DNA of 64,000 nt from a virus. The stretch spans positions 1-64,000 of IMG/VR virus record IMGVR_UViG_3300028115_001816, one strand, 5' to 3'. The notes beneath the pieces are model-generated. The model was not told the DNA's origin, made no database searches, and worked only from the letters and a program-made list of their open reading frames with translations. Below are positions 8,083 through 17,764 of the stretch, piece by piece (position 1 is the first letter of the stretch; the number at the start of each line of letters is the position of its first letter). The translations under genes were made by a program, and so were the position numbers.

Positions 8083-10701
8083 ATGGCAGTACCTCCAAAT
8101 AAAAAATTTCAAAATCCATCACCACAGGATTTAAGTTTATTCACAGAACCTGTTGATCGTATTAAAATACCTGCAGGTACAACTATAGCATATGCTAATG
8201 ATGCAATAGATAGAAATGTAGATTACAGTAAATCTGAAAATCCAGTGAATACAGATGGAATACCTAGAATTACTATATACCCTAATAATCAAGATTTTTC
8301 TGATTTTGCTGGACCAAATCCAAATAAAAAAGGCACACCTGAAGATATAGAGTACGGTGGATTCACTAATAATGATTTCAATGGACTTATGGGATCCAGA
8401 GATAGTGCAACCGGAGCAATTCCAGGATTAAATTCTAATAAAAAGCCTGTAAAAGTTTCAACAAGTAAAGATGCAGGCACTAACACAAAGGCAATCACAA
8501 AACCTTTTACTGAAAATTTAGCATCTGTGCCTATAGAACCAAGAGCAAACGAACTTAACCAGTATGCAAGTGTTTCTTATAATATTGCACTTTATATGAT
8601 GAACAGTAGAAGTTATGTTGATATAACAAAGTCTCCAAGCAATCCAAGTGATGCATTAAAATATCCAAATAGCCAACTCTTAATGCGTAGTGGTGGAGTT
8701 GGATTAGATCAAACAGATGGACAAGGTAATATTGTCAATGACTTTTCCAATGACTTTTTCATAGATGATCTAGAAATAAGTAATGTTGCAGTTGGGCCTA
8801 ATAAGTTTAGACATAATACAAATGCTACAGATATAAGATTTACTATAACTGAACCTCGAGGAGTAACACTATTGGAAAGGTTACAAAGGTTGGCTGGTAC
8901 TGTGTTAGTGACTACTAGAGAAAAGTATATTCATGCTCCATATCTTTTAGAAATAAAGTTTAAAGGATATAATCAAACTGGTAAGCCTGTGCCGACACTT
9001 AGTAAACCTAAATATATACCTATAAGAATTACAGATATGACATTTGAAGTAACAGCAAGTGGCACTCAATATCGTGTCACTGCAGTGCCTTTTTCTAATC
9101 AAGCATTAAAATCGATTGTTAGTACAATACCACATAATATTGAATTAACTGCAAAAACTGTTGGCGATATTTTTAATAGTGAAGTAACAAAAGTTGTTGA
9201 CGAATCAACTAAAATTAATAATACAAACCAAGGTATAGACGGACCTGCAGTTTCTCCATCATTAGTAAAAAGAACAAAAGTTAAAAATCTTGGAGAAATT
9301 TTAACTGATAGTCAAAAAACACGCACAGGAACACCCCCTCTATCAGGTAATGCTAAAACTATTATCTCAAAAAATGGTAAACCATATCAAGTACCTCCTC
9401 CTGCAGAAAAATATGATACTTATAATTTTTTAATTGCAGATGAGATTGCAAACGCAAAGTTAAATTTAGGTGACTTGTATGATGTGCTAAACACTCCTGT
9501 TCCTACTGATGGTGAAAAGAAGAATAAGAAAAAAACAGATCGTAGTCAGTTTGAAACATATGTTCAAGGTTTAACAAGGGGTGTAAAGTTAGATAAAGAT
9601 ACAGGTATTTTTAAAATAAACGCTGGTACAGATATTTCTAAGTTAATAAATTTAGTAATAATGCATAGTGATTACATGGATAAAAATATAGAAGAAAATC
9701 CAGATCAATATGCAAAGTCAGGTGATCCAATAAATTGGTTTTCAATTAGACCTGTAATACAAAGTGCTACTGGTAAAGGCGGAGGATACGATAGAAAAGA
9801 GGGCAGATACAAATATGATATAATGTTTGCAGTAGAAAAAGCTACTATATATTATCATGATTTTCCCTGGGCTAAGAAGAGTAAACCAATAGGACAAGGA
9901 TATCATAAAACCTATGATTATATTTTTAGCGGACAAAATACCCAAGTTTTAGATTTTCAACTAAAGTTTAACACTGCATTTTTACAGGTTATGACTGCTG
10001 GCACAGGAAGTCCTTTTGCAAACAAGTCTGCTACTGCACCTTTTACTCCTGTGCAAAAAGAAGTAGTTGATAGTATTGAGGGAAATACTACTAATGTTGC
10101 AGATAACATCACACGTAAACGAGCAAAAGATCTTTTTAGTAGTGTAATGAGCGATGGTGTTGATATGGTAAATTTAGACATGCAAATTGTAGGAGATCCT
10201 GCATGGATTCCAACAAGTGATGCGTATTGGCAGGACAAAGTACGCAAAGGTGAACAATATACACAGGCTTTTATGGAAGATGGTACGATAAATTACAATC
10301 TTTCACCGCCTTTCATACAAGTAAATTTAAAAACACCAACAGATTATAATGAAACTACAGGATTACAAGATCCTAGCAAAGCAATAAACAGTAGTTTTAG
10401 TGGTATATATCGTATAACACAAGTTGATAGTACATTCTCAGGAGGAGCATTTCAACAAAGGTTAACAGGACTAAGAGCACCTATGCAATCAGTAGCAGGA
10501 GGAGTTGCTCGTGATCCAAAACAAAATGAAACTGCAGAAAGAAATGCAGTAATAGATGAGTTTAGTGATAATGCTTTAAGTTACTTGCAAAAACAAGCAA
10601 AAGATTATAAAATGAAAGATGTTAGAGTCAAAATTCCTCATCCTAATGATAGTATACCATTGGGGTTAAATGATTATGACGAAACTGATACTTTTACATA
10701 G
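8083..10701 (+). CDS. Putative baseplate hub / tail protein
   Basis: Between gp53 and gp5; C-terminal IVGDP...SGIYRITQVDSTFSGGAFQQRL as in hub/late-control-D folds. Confidence 0.55.
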   Translation: MAVPPNKKFQNPSPQDLSLFTEPVDRIKIPAGTTIAYANDAIDRNVDYSKSENPVNTDGIPRITIYPNNQDFSDFAGPNPNKKGTPEDIEYGGFTNNDFNGLMGSRDSATGAIPGLNSNKKPVKVSTSKDAGTNTKAITKPFTENLASVPIEPRANELNQYASVSYNIALYMMNSRSYVDITKSPSNPSDALKYPNSQLLMRSGGVGLDQTDGQGNIVNDFSNDFFIDDLEISNVAVGPNKFRHNTNATDIRFTITEPRGVTLLERLQRLAGTVLVTTREKYIHAPYLLEIKFKGYNQTGKPVPTLSKPKYIPIRITDMTFEVTASGTQYRVTAVPFSNQALKSIVSTIPHNIELTAKTVGDIFNSEVTKVVDESTKINNTNQGIDGPAVSPSLVKRTKVKNLGEILTDSQKTRTGTPPLSGNAKTIISKNGKPYQVPPPAEKYDTYNFLIADEIANAKLNLGDLYDVLNTPVPTDGEKKNKKKTDRSQFETYVQGLTRGVKLDKDTGIFKINAGTDISKLINLVIMHSDYMDKNIEENPDQYAKSGDPINWFSIRPVIQSATGKGGGYDRKEGRYKYDIMFAVEKATIYYHDFPWAKKSKPIGQGYHKTYDYIFSGQNTQVLDFQLKFNTAFLQVMTAGTGSPFANKSATAPFTPVQKEVVDSIEGNTTNVADNITRKRAKDLFSSVMSDGVDMVNLDMQIVGDPAWIPTSDAYWQDKVRKGEQYTQAFMEDGTINYNLSPPFIQVNLKTPTDYNETTGLQDPSKAINSSFSGIYRITQVDSTFSGGAFQQRLTGLRAPMQSVAGGVARDPKQNETAERNAVIDEFSDNALSYLQKQAKDYKMKDVRVKIPHPNDSIPLGLNDYDETDTFT

Positions 10702-10721
10702 ACAATACATAGAGATATTTA

Positions 10722-13700
10722 ATGGCAGTAGATACAACAAGACAAGGCTCAAAAGGAGGCGATCCTCAATACAATCCAGAACTTCGAGGCGTAAGCGAAG
10801 AACGTGGTATTGTAGTTGGTATAGTCAAAGCAAATGTGCATGGTTCCCATATGGGTATTATACAAGTTTATATACCAGAAATGTCAACTGACGAAGAGGA
10901 TAAAAGTCAGTGGAGAACAGTTAGATATTGTACGCCTTTTTATAGTAGAGTAGACAGTACAGAAGGCGCAAATAACAAAAATCGTTATATTGATACCAAA
11001 ATGCCGTCGGGTATTGTAACTCCTCCACCTGATCTAGGCACTACTGTGCTTTGTTTCTTCCCACACGGCAAAAATAATGAAGGTTATTACTTTGCGTGTG
11101 TACCAGATACCTATATGATGCAAACTTTACCTGAACCTACTGTAGTAGAGGACTTTGAAAATGGACCATATGTAGGTGGTGAATTAAACGATAAGAAAAA
11201 TAACCCTAATGATATTGTAAATTGGAAACAACAACTAAGACCTGAAGATTTTATTACACAAAAGATTGTTAAGGAACAAGGTTTATTAAACGATAGAGTA
11301 AGAGGCCTTAATAATAGTAGTTATATGAGAGAATCTCCAAGTGAGATTATAGGCATAAGCAGTAAAGGACGAAGAATTACTGAAAGTGGCAAGGATTTTT
11401 TAAAAGAAAATGCTGCTGCACTAAAAAACCCTAATACTACAGATGAAAAAATATTAGAAGGACTATTAGGGCCTATTGCTAGACGAAAAGGACATAGTAT
11501 TGCTCTAGATGATGGCGATATAGAAGGAAATAGTAATCAAATACGTCTACGTACAAGTACAGGACATCAAATTTTACTCAATGACAGTGAAGGAATTATA
11601 TATGTAGGTAATTCTACTGGTAGTGTTTGGATAGAACTTGGAAATCAAGGCACAATGGATGTTTTTGCTAATGACAGTATAAACTTTCGTAGTAAAAATA
11701 TAAATTTTCACGCAGATGAAAACATAAAATTTCACAGTAAAGGGTATACACAACTTGTAAGTGAACAACAGATGCATTTACAATCAGGTGACGATTTTGT
11801 AGTAAGCAGTGAAGGCGATACAGGTATCACAACTAAAAAGTTTAGTGTAACTGCAAGTGGACAAATGAATTTAAGTGGAGGTGCTACTGCTAGTATAAAA
11901 GCAAGTGGTATTATGGCAGTAAGTGGGGCACTAGTAATGTTGCAAGGTCCTAGTTTAGGATCACAAAGTGCAAAACCAGTAAGACCACAGCAGAAATTAG
12001 ATGCAAAGTATGATGCTGCTCAAGGAAAGTATGTTCTTAATAGAGATAGTGTTACTACTACAACTGTAGACAGATTAGCAACACACGAACCTTTTGTTTC
12101 TCATGGCGAGAAAAACACAAGCACTGGTTACTCTGGAGGATTAGCAGGCGGTGGTGGTCTTGGTGCAGCTTTTAGTATTATAAGTACAGGTTTTCAGATA
12201 GCAAGTTCTTTACCACCGGGTACATTTGGTAATATTCCTGGCGCCGATTTCAGTGACTTTGCAGGAACAAATTTATTTGGCACAGATGTTAGTGATTTTG
12301 CAGGAAATAATCTTTTTGATAATATTGGTTTAGATGCCTTTGGCGGTGCAGGAGATGCAGTAATAGACTTCAGTGATTTTGCTACTGGCGGTTCTAGTAC
12401 CTTTTCACCTGGTTTCTTTACAGATGTTACAGATACATTTACGCAAATTTCTGATACAATAGGAAACAAAATACAGACTTTCACAGATGCAGTTGGTGAT
12501 ACAATCGGAAAATACGGAAATAGTATTACAGGTACAGATATTACTAGTCAAGATTTTCCTGGAATAGATGCTTTCGGAGGTGCTGGCACTAGTATAGGTG
12601 GACTTCAGGGTGACTTTAGTGATTTTTCAGCTATTTCTCCATCTATTGATAGTGTTGCAAGTGGTGGTACAGGTATAGGTTTTATAGATGATTTAGCAAA
12701 TTCAAATTTGGGCAAATTAGTAGTTGATGGCTCAGGTAAAATTGTAGACATTGCAAAAGAAGTAGCTGATCAATATCAGGCTGATTTGCCACAAATACAA
12801 AAAGGTTTACAAAAGTTAAGTGCAGTCAGTAGTATTGCTAGTGCTGCTGGTGTAAATGTATCTGGTGTAGATAAGTTGTCAGGATTTTTACTTGAACCCA
12901 AGATTGCAGGATTTGAGATTACTGATGTTGTAAAACAATTAGATACAGGATTTAGCATAGGTGACTTAGACAGTACAGATATGCAAGGCTTGGCGGCTGC
13001 AGTTGTAAAAGTATCAGGCAGTAATAACTCAAATAGTTTTATAAACAGTACAACTAAAGCAATGGGAAAATATGGATTTACTGTTGACCAATTAAAAGCA
13101 GCTGGTTATGTTAGACCGGAAGCAAAATTTAATGATCAATTGTTACAAAGTAGTGTGTGGACAGGAAAAGATAATATTAATAGCCATACCAAATTTTTAG
13201 CAAACGCTGGTATACAGGAGCAAACATACCAACAAGTTATTGCAAGTACATACCAAACACTAGTTAATAGTGGTGCAATCACACCTAATGATAAACCTAA
13301 GGAAATTATGGCAATGCTTGCCGGATCATCAATTAGTAATGCTGATATTGTAAAACAAGTTAGATTTGGTAATGCAACTATTGATGGACCAATTCGTAAT
13401 ACTACAGGAATTCCACAAAACGGTGATGTTTTAAGTTTTGTAAAAGATGCTATGCAAAAAGGCGGAGCCGCAAGTGACTTAGTCACAAATTTAAAGAATA
13501 AAAATGATACAGGTATACAAGATTTGTCAACACTTAAAGTATTTCAAGGCACTCTTAAAACAGGAGAAACACTAAGAAATATTAACGGTGTAAGTTATGT
13601 TGTTCCTGCTCCTGCTAATGATCCTTATTCTGGACCTAATGGTGGAAAGAAGAGAGATTTAGATCAAAGAATTGCTAAACTTGAGAAAGATAGATCTCAA

Positions 13701-13790
13701 TTAGTAAAAGATGGCAATGATGACAAAAATATAATAGAACGAATAAGCGATACTCTTAGTGATTTATATGCACAGAGAAACAATTTATAA
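10722..13790 (+). CDS. gp5: Baseplate central spike (gp5/VgrG-like) with acidic Gly/Phe repeats and C-terminal lysozyme-like region
   Basis: N-terminal OB-fold (GIVK..GIIQVYIP..PPDLGTTVLCFF), RLRTSTGHQILLND, beta-helix repeats, HEPF. Confidence 0.75.
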   Translation: MAVDTTRQGSKGGDPQYNPELRGVSEERGIVVGIVKANVHGSHMGIIQVYIPEMSTDEEDKSQWRTVRYCTPFYSRVDSTEGANNKNRYIDTKMPSGIVTPPPDLGTTVLCFFPHGKNNEGYYFACVPDTYMMQTLPEPTVVEDFENGPYVGGELNDKKNNPNDIVNWKQQLRPEDFITQKIVKEQGLLNDRVRGLNNSSYMRESPSEIIGISSKGRRITESGKDFLKENAAALKNPNTTDEKILEGLLGPIARRKGHSIALDDGDIEGNSNQIRLRTSTGHQILLNDSEGIIYVGNSTGSVWIELGNQGTMDVFANDSINFRSKNINFHADENIKFHSKGYTQLVSEQQMHLQSGDDFVVSSEGDTGITTKKFSVTASGQMNLSGGATASIKASGIMAVSGALVMLQGPSLGSQSAKPVRPQQKLDAKYDAAQGKYVLNRDSVTTTTVDRLATHEPFVSHGEKNTSTGYSGGLAGGGGLGAAFSIISTGFQIASSLPPGTFGNIPGADFSDFAGTNLFGTDVSDFAGNNLFDNIGLDAFGGAGDAVIDFSDFATGGSSTFSPGFFTDVTDTFTQISDTIGNKIQTFTDAVGDTIGKYGNSITGTDITSQDFPGIDAFGGAGTSIGGLQGDFSDFSAISPSIDSVASGGTGIGFIDDLANSNLGKLVVDGSGKIVDIAKEVADQYQADLPQIQKGLQKLSAVSSIASAAGVNVSGVDKLSGFLLEPKIAGFEITDVVKQLDTGFSIGDLDSTDMQGLAAAVVKVSGSNNSNSFINSTTKAMGKYGFTVDQLKAAGYVRPEAKFNDQLLQSSVWTGKDNINSHTKFLANAGIQEQTYQQVIASTYQTLVNSGAITPNDKPKEIMAMLAGSSISNADIVKQVRFGNATIDGPIRNTTGIPQNGDVLSFVKDAMQKGGAASDLVTNLKNKNDTGIQDLSTLKVFQGTLKTGETLRNINGVSYVVPAPANDPYSGPNGGKKRDLDQRIAKLEKDRSQLVKDGNDDKNIIERISDTLSDLYAQRNNL

Positions 13791-13799
13791 GGAAGAGAG

Positions 13800-14171
13800 A
13801 TGGCAGTAGCAGTATACAAAGGTATTAGCACAGTAAATAACAATTTTGGAAGTATTAAATTAACCGATACTGATCTAATAAAGAGAGATTTGCTAAACCA
13901 CTTTGCAATACGCAAAGGTGAAAAACTAATGAATGCTGAATTTGGTACAAGCCTAAGAGATCTTATTATGGATCCATTAACAGAAGAAACTAAAGCATTG
14001 ATAGTTCAGGAAGTTGATGATGTAATAAAAAATGATCCAAGAGTCAGATCAGAGGGAGTTACTATTGATGAATATGAAGGTGGATTGCGTATTGAAATGG
14101 CAGTGAGATATGTCATTAACAATCAAGTAGAAAACCTAATGGTTAAGTTTGATAGGCCTACTGCAGAATAA
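13800..14171 (+). CDS. gp25: Baseplate wedge subunit gp25-like
   Basis: IRKGEKLMNAEFGTSL..DP..DPRV motif. Confidence 0.88.
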   Translation: MAVAVYKGISTVNNNFGSIKLTDTDLIKRDLLNHFAIRKGEKLMNAEFGTSLRDLIMDPLTEETKALIVQEVDDVIKNDPRVRSEGVTIDEYEGGLRIEMAVRYVINNQVENLMVKFDRPTAE

Positions 14172-14191
14172 TATACCTATATAATACAGTG

Positions 14192-14199
14192 AATAAATA
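14192..14199 (+). promoter_or_regulatory. Late promoter variant AATAAATA
   Basis: Intergenic ATAAATA core upstream of AGGA SD and gp6 start. Confidence 0.6.
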
Positions 14200-14224
14200 C
14201 TGCAATAGATAGGAATATTTAATA

Positions 14225-17200
14225 ATGGCTGCAAGTACAAGACAAGTAAATTTATTCGCTGCTGAAGACTGGAAAAAAGTCTACGAGACTTTTAGAGAAG
14301 CAGATTTTCAAAGTTATGATTACGAAACAATTCGTAAAAGTATGGTGGATTATATCCGCACATACTATCCTGAAGATTTCAACGATTTTATAGAATCAAG
14401 TGAATATATTGCACTTATAGATATGATTGCGTTCTTAGGACAATCATTAAGTTTCCGTGCAGACTTAAATGCTAGAGAAAACTTTTTAGAAACTGCTCAG
14501 CGTAGAGATAGCATCCTTAGATTAGCACGTATGCTAAACTACTATCCTAAACGTCAGCAGATTGCAAGAGGTTTTATAAAAGTTACTAGCGTAAGAACTA
14601 CAGAAGAAGTTACAGACAGTAATGGCAATAGTTTACGAGATACAGAAATAGTATGGGGAGATCCTACAAACAGTGATTTCTTAGAACAATTCACAACTAT
14701 TCTAAACAGTGCATTTGTAAGCACACAAAAATTTGGAAACCCTGCACTAAAAAATACTATTGGTGGTATTAATATAGAAGAATATCAATTAAGTCTTAAT
14801 GCAGGCACAATACCTGTTTATGATTTCAAAACAGTTGTTGGATCACAAAACTTAGAATTTGAATTAGTAAATGGAACATACAGTGGTAAAGATTTCTTGT
14901 ATGAACTACCTCCACAGCCTACCAGCACTACTAATATATTATATAGAAATGATAATAGAGGTTTTAATAGTGCTAACAATGGTTTCTTTTTCTACTTTAA
15001 ACAAGGTAGTTTACAGAGTGCAGACTTTACAATAGAGGAAAAATTACCTAATAGAACAGTAGAAATTGATGTAAACAACATTGATAACAATGATGTTTGG
15101 TTATATTCACTAGATGATCAAGGCAACGAAACTACACGTTGGGAAAAAGTGCCTGCTATTTCAGGTAACAACGTAATTTATAACAGCCTTAGTCAGCAGA
15201 ATAAAAATTTATTTACTGTGCGTAGTCGTGCAAATGATCAAATAAGTTTGGTTTTTGGTGATGACGTATTTGCAAATGTACCAGTAGGTGATTTTCGTGT
15301 ATATTTTAGAACAGGTGTTGGAACAACATATAAAATATCACCGGACGATATGCAAAATCTTCAGATTGTTATTCCATATGTAAGTCAAGTAAATCAAATT
15401 GAAAATTTAACAGTAAGTTTAAGTTTAACAACAACCGTTGCAAATGCAAGTGGTAGAGAAAACTTACGTGATGTAAAAGAGAAAGCACAACAACAATATT
15501 ATACACAAGATCGTATGATAACTGGAGAAGATTATCAGATCTTGCCGTACACAAAGTTTAGTAACATTATCAAATCTAAAGCAATTAATAGAACTGCCAG
15601 TGGAATAAGTCGTTATTTAGATGTTCGTGATACTACAGGAAAATATAGTAGTACTAACATAGTGGCAGAGGACGGTATATTTTATCGTACAGAAGATTTA
15701 CAAAATTTTCAATTTACTTTTGTAACAGATAGTGATATTAGTAATGTTATATCAACACAAGTAGAAAGAAATATTCTTAAAAAAGATAGTTTACACTATT
15801 ATCTCAAAAATTATGGTGGCACAGATGTCACAAGTTTAAATGCAGAATGGAATCTTACTACTAGTTCAAGTGGAACTTGCACAGGCTATTTTAAGAATGA
15901 TGCAGATGCTCCTCTCAAAATAGGAGATTTTACAAGTAGTAATTTGAAATTTGCTAAAGTTGGTGCATTGTTAAAATTTACTGCTCCTGCAGGAAAAGTT
16001 TTTGATGTAAACAACAATCTTATTACTGGAACAAGTGGTACAATTAATACAAAAGATTTTATATGGGCCAGTATTTCAGCAGTAGTAACTGATGGAACAA
16101 ATCAAGGTGTTGGAAATTTAGATACAGGACAAGGACCTGTCACACTTACAGAAGTAATACCAAGTGATGCAGTTTTAGATAAAGTAATTGCAGTTTGGAA
16201 TACAACTATTACTTCTGCAGTTAGAAATGAAATAATACAGGCGATTGGTGATTATAAAACATTTGGATTACGTTATGATTTGGATACACAGGCTTGGGTT
16301 ATTATTACAAATGCTAATTTAAATCAAGCAAATACTTTTAGTTTAGACAATGCAGGAAATACTAGTAGCACAGGATTAGATAACAGCTGGTTTTTTAAAT
16401 TTACAAATGATGGAAGCACATACACTGTAAATTATAGATCAACTAGTTATATTTTTGAAAGTAAACTTGAAACACGCTTTTATTTTGATAAAGATTTAAG
16501 TATATTTGACCCTAGAACTGGTAAAACAATCAAGGACAAGATTAATATTCTTAAAGTAAATTCTTTGCCAGATACAACAGGCAGTCTTGCAGTAGATTAT
16601 GCCATGCAAGTTGATGATGTAATTACAGAAACAGATGGTTACATTTTAACAAACAGAATAAAAGTTACATTTCCTGATATAGATAGTGATGGTGTAGTTG
16701 ACAATCCAGATGTGTTTGATATAATTGTTGCACCGGATGTAAACGCAACAACAAAAGTTGTTTTTTATGAGACAGATACAAGTAGTGGAGGTTATCTCAC
16801 TTATTCTGCAGTAGACGCAACTAGTATAGAGCAAAGATATACTACCCAGTCTGCAATAAATGAAGTAATTGCACAGTTTTCTAACGGACAAGTATTTTAT
16901 GCAAGTGCTGATGATAAATTTTACATACTAAGTGTTAGTGGAGCAAACGTAAAGAGTATTGCACAAACTACTGATTATGTAAAAAGAACTGGACGAGATC
17001 AACTATTATTTCAATATACACACAACAGTCCTAATAATAGACGTATTGATCCAAGTCCAAGTAATATAACTGACTTGTTTTTACTAACTAGACAATATGA
17101 CACCGACTATAGAAACTATATAACTGATATTACAGGCTCAGTACCAAAACCTGCTAATCCTACTACTAATGAATTGCGTGATCAATATGGATCACTTGAA

Positions 17201-17764
17201 TCTTATAAAAGTGTTAGTGATACTATAATTTTTAATGGTATTACTTATAGACCACTTTTTGGCGACAAAGCAGACGAAGAATTACAAGCAACTTTTAAAG
17301 TTGTGAAAAATAATAGTACACTAATTAGTGATTCCGAAATTAAAGAAAAAGTTATTGTTGCAATTAACAACTACTTTGCAATTGAAAATTGGGATTTTGG
17401 AGATGTCTTTTACTTTAGTGAATTGTCTGCATATCTTTATAATGCATTATCTCCTGACGTCCTTAGTATTTTAATTGTTCCTAAGTTATCTACTAGCAAC
17501 TTCGGAAGTTTATTTCAGATTCAAAGTCAAAGAGACGAAATACTAATAAGTGCAGCTACAGTCAATGATGTAGAAGTTATAGACGTTATTACTGCTAATA
17601 GCTTACAAGCATCAGGAAATATTGTTAATACTACTTCAACAAATCTAGTAACTGAAAGTGTTAGTGCAAACAGTACGAGCACTAGTGTAAGCACAACAAG
17701 CACTAGTGTAAGTTCATCTACAACTACTGTAAGTTCTAGTTCTAGTGGAGGTTATAGTTACTAA
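14225..17764 (+). CDS. gp6: Baseplate wedge subunit gp6-like, with Ser/Thr-rich C-terminal tail
   Basis: DFNDFIESSE, ENFLETAQRRDSILRLARMLNY, FGDDVF, QDRMITGEDY motifs. Confidence 0.85.
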   Translation: MAASTRQVNLFAAEDWKKVYETFREADFQSYDYETIRKSMVDYIRTYYPEDFNDFIESSEYIALIDMIAFLGQSLSFRADLNARENFLETAQRRDSILRLARMLNYYPKRQQIARGFIKVTSVRTTEEVTDSNGNSLRDTEIVWGDPTNSDFLEQFTTILNSAFVSTQKFGNPALKNTIGGINIEEYQLSLNAGTIPVYDFKTVVGSQNLEFELVNGTYSGKDFLYELPPQPTSTTNILYRNDNRGFNSANNGFFFYFKQGSLQSADFTIEEKLPNRTVEIDVNNIDNNDVWLYSLDDQGNETTRWEKVPAISGNNVIYNSLSQQNKNLFTVRSRANDQISLVFGDDVFANVPVGDFRVYFRTGVGTTYKISPDDMQNLQIVIPYVSQVNQIENLTVSLSLTTTVANASGRENLRDVKEKAQQQYYTQDRMITGEDYQILPYTKFSNIIKSKAINRTASGISRYLDVRDTTGKYSSTNIVAEDGIFYRTEDLQNFQFTFVTDSDISNVISTQVERNILKKDSLHYYLKNYGGTDVTSLNAEWNLTTSSSGTCTGYFKNDADAPLKIGDFTSSNLKFAKVGALLKFTAPAGKVFDVNNNLITGTSGTINTKDFIWASISAVVTDGTNQGVGNLDTGQGPVTLTEVIPSDAVLDKVIAVWNTTITSAVRNEIIQAIGDYKTFGLRYDLDTQAWVIITNANLNQANTFSLDNAGNTSSTGLDNSWFFKFTNDGSTYTVNYRSTSYIFESKLETRFYFDKDLSIFDPRTGKTIKDKINILKVNSLPDTTGSLAVDYAMQVDDVITETDGYILTNRIKVTFPDIDSDGVVDNPDVFDIIVAPDVNATTKVVFYETDTSSGGYLTYSAVDATSIEQRYTTQSAINEVIAQFSNGQVFYASADDKFYILSVSGANVKSIAQTTDYVKRTGRDQLLFQYTHNSPNNRRIDPSPSNITDLFLLTRQYDTDYRNYITDITGSVPKPANPTTNELRDQYGSLESYKSVSDTIIFNGITYRPLFGDKADEELQATFKVVKNNSTLISDSEIKEKVIVAINNYFAIENWDFGDVFYFSELSAYLYNALSPDVLSILIVPKLSTSNFGSLFQIQSQRDEILISAATVNDVEVIDVITANSLQASGNIVNTTSTNLVTESVSANSTSTSVSTTSTSVSSSTTTVSSSSSGGYSY

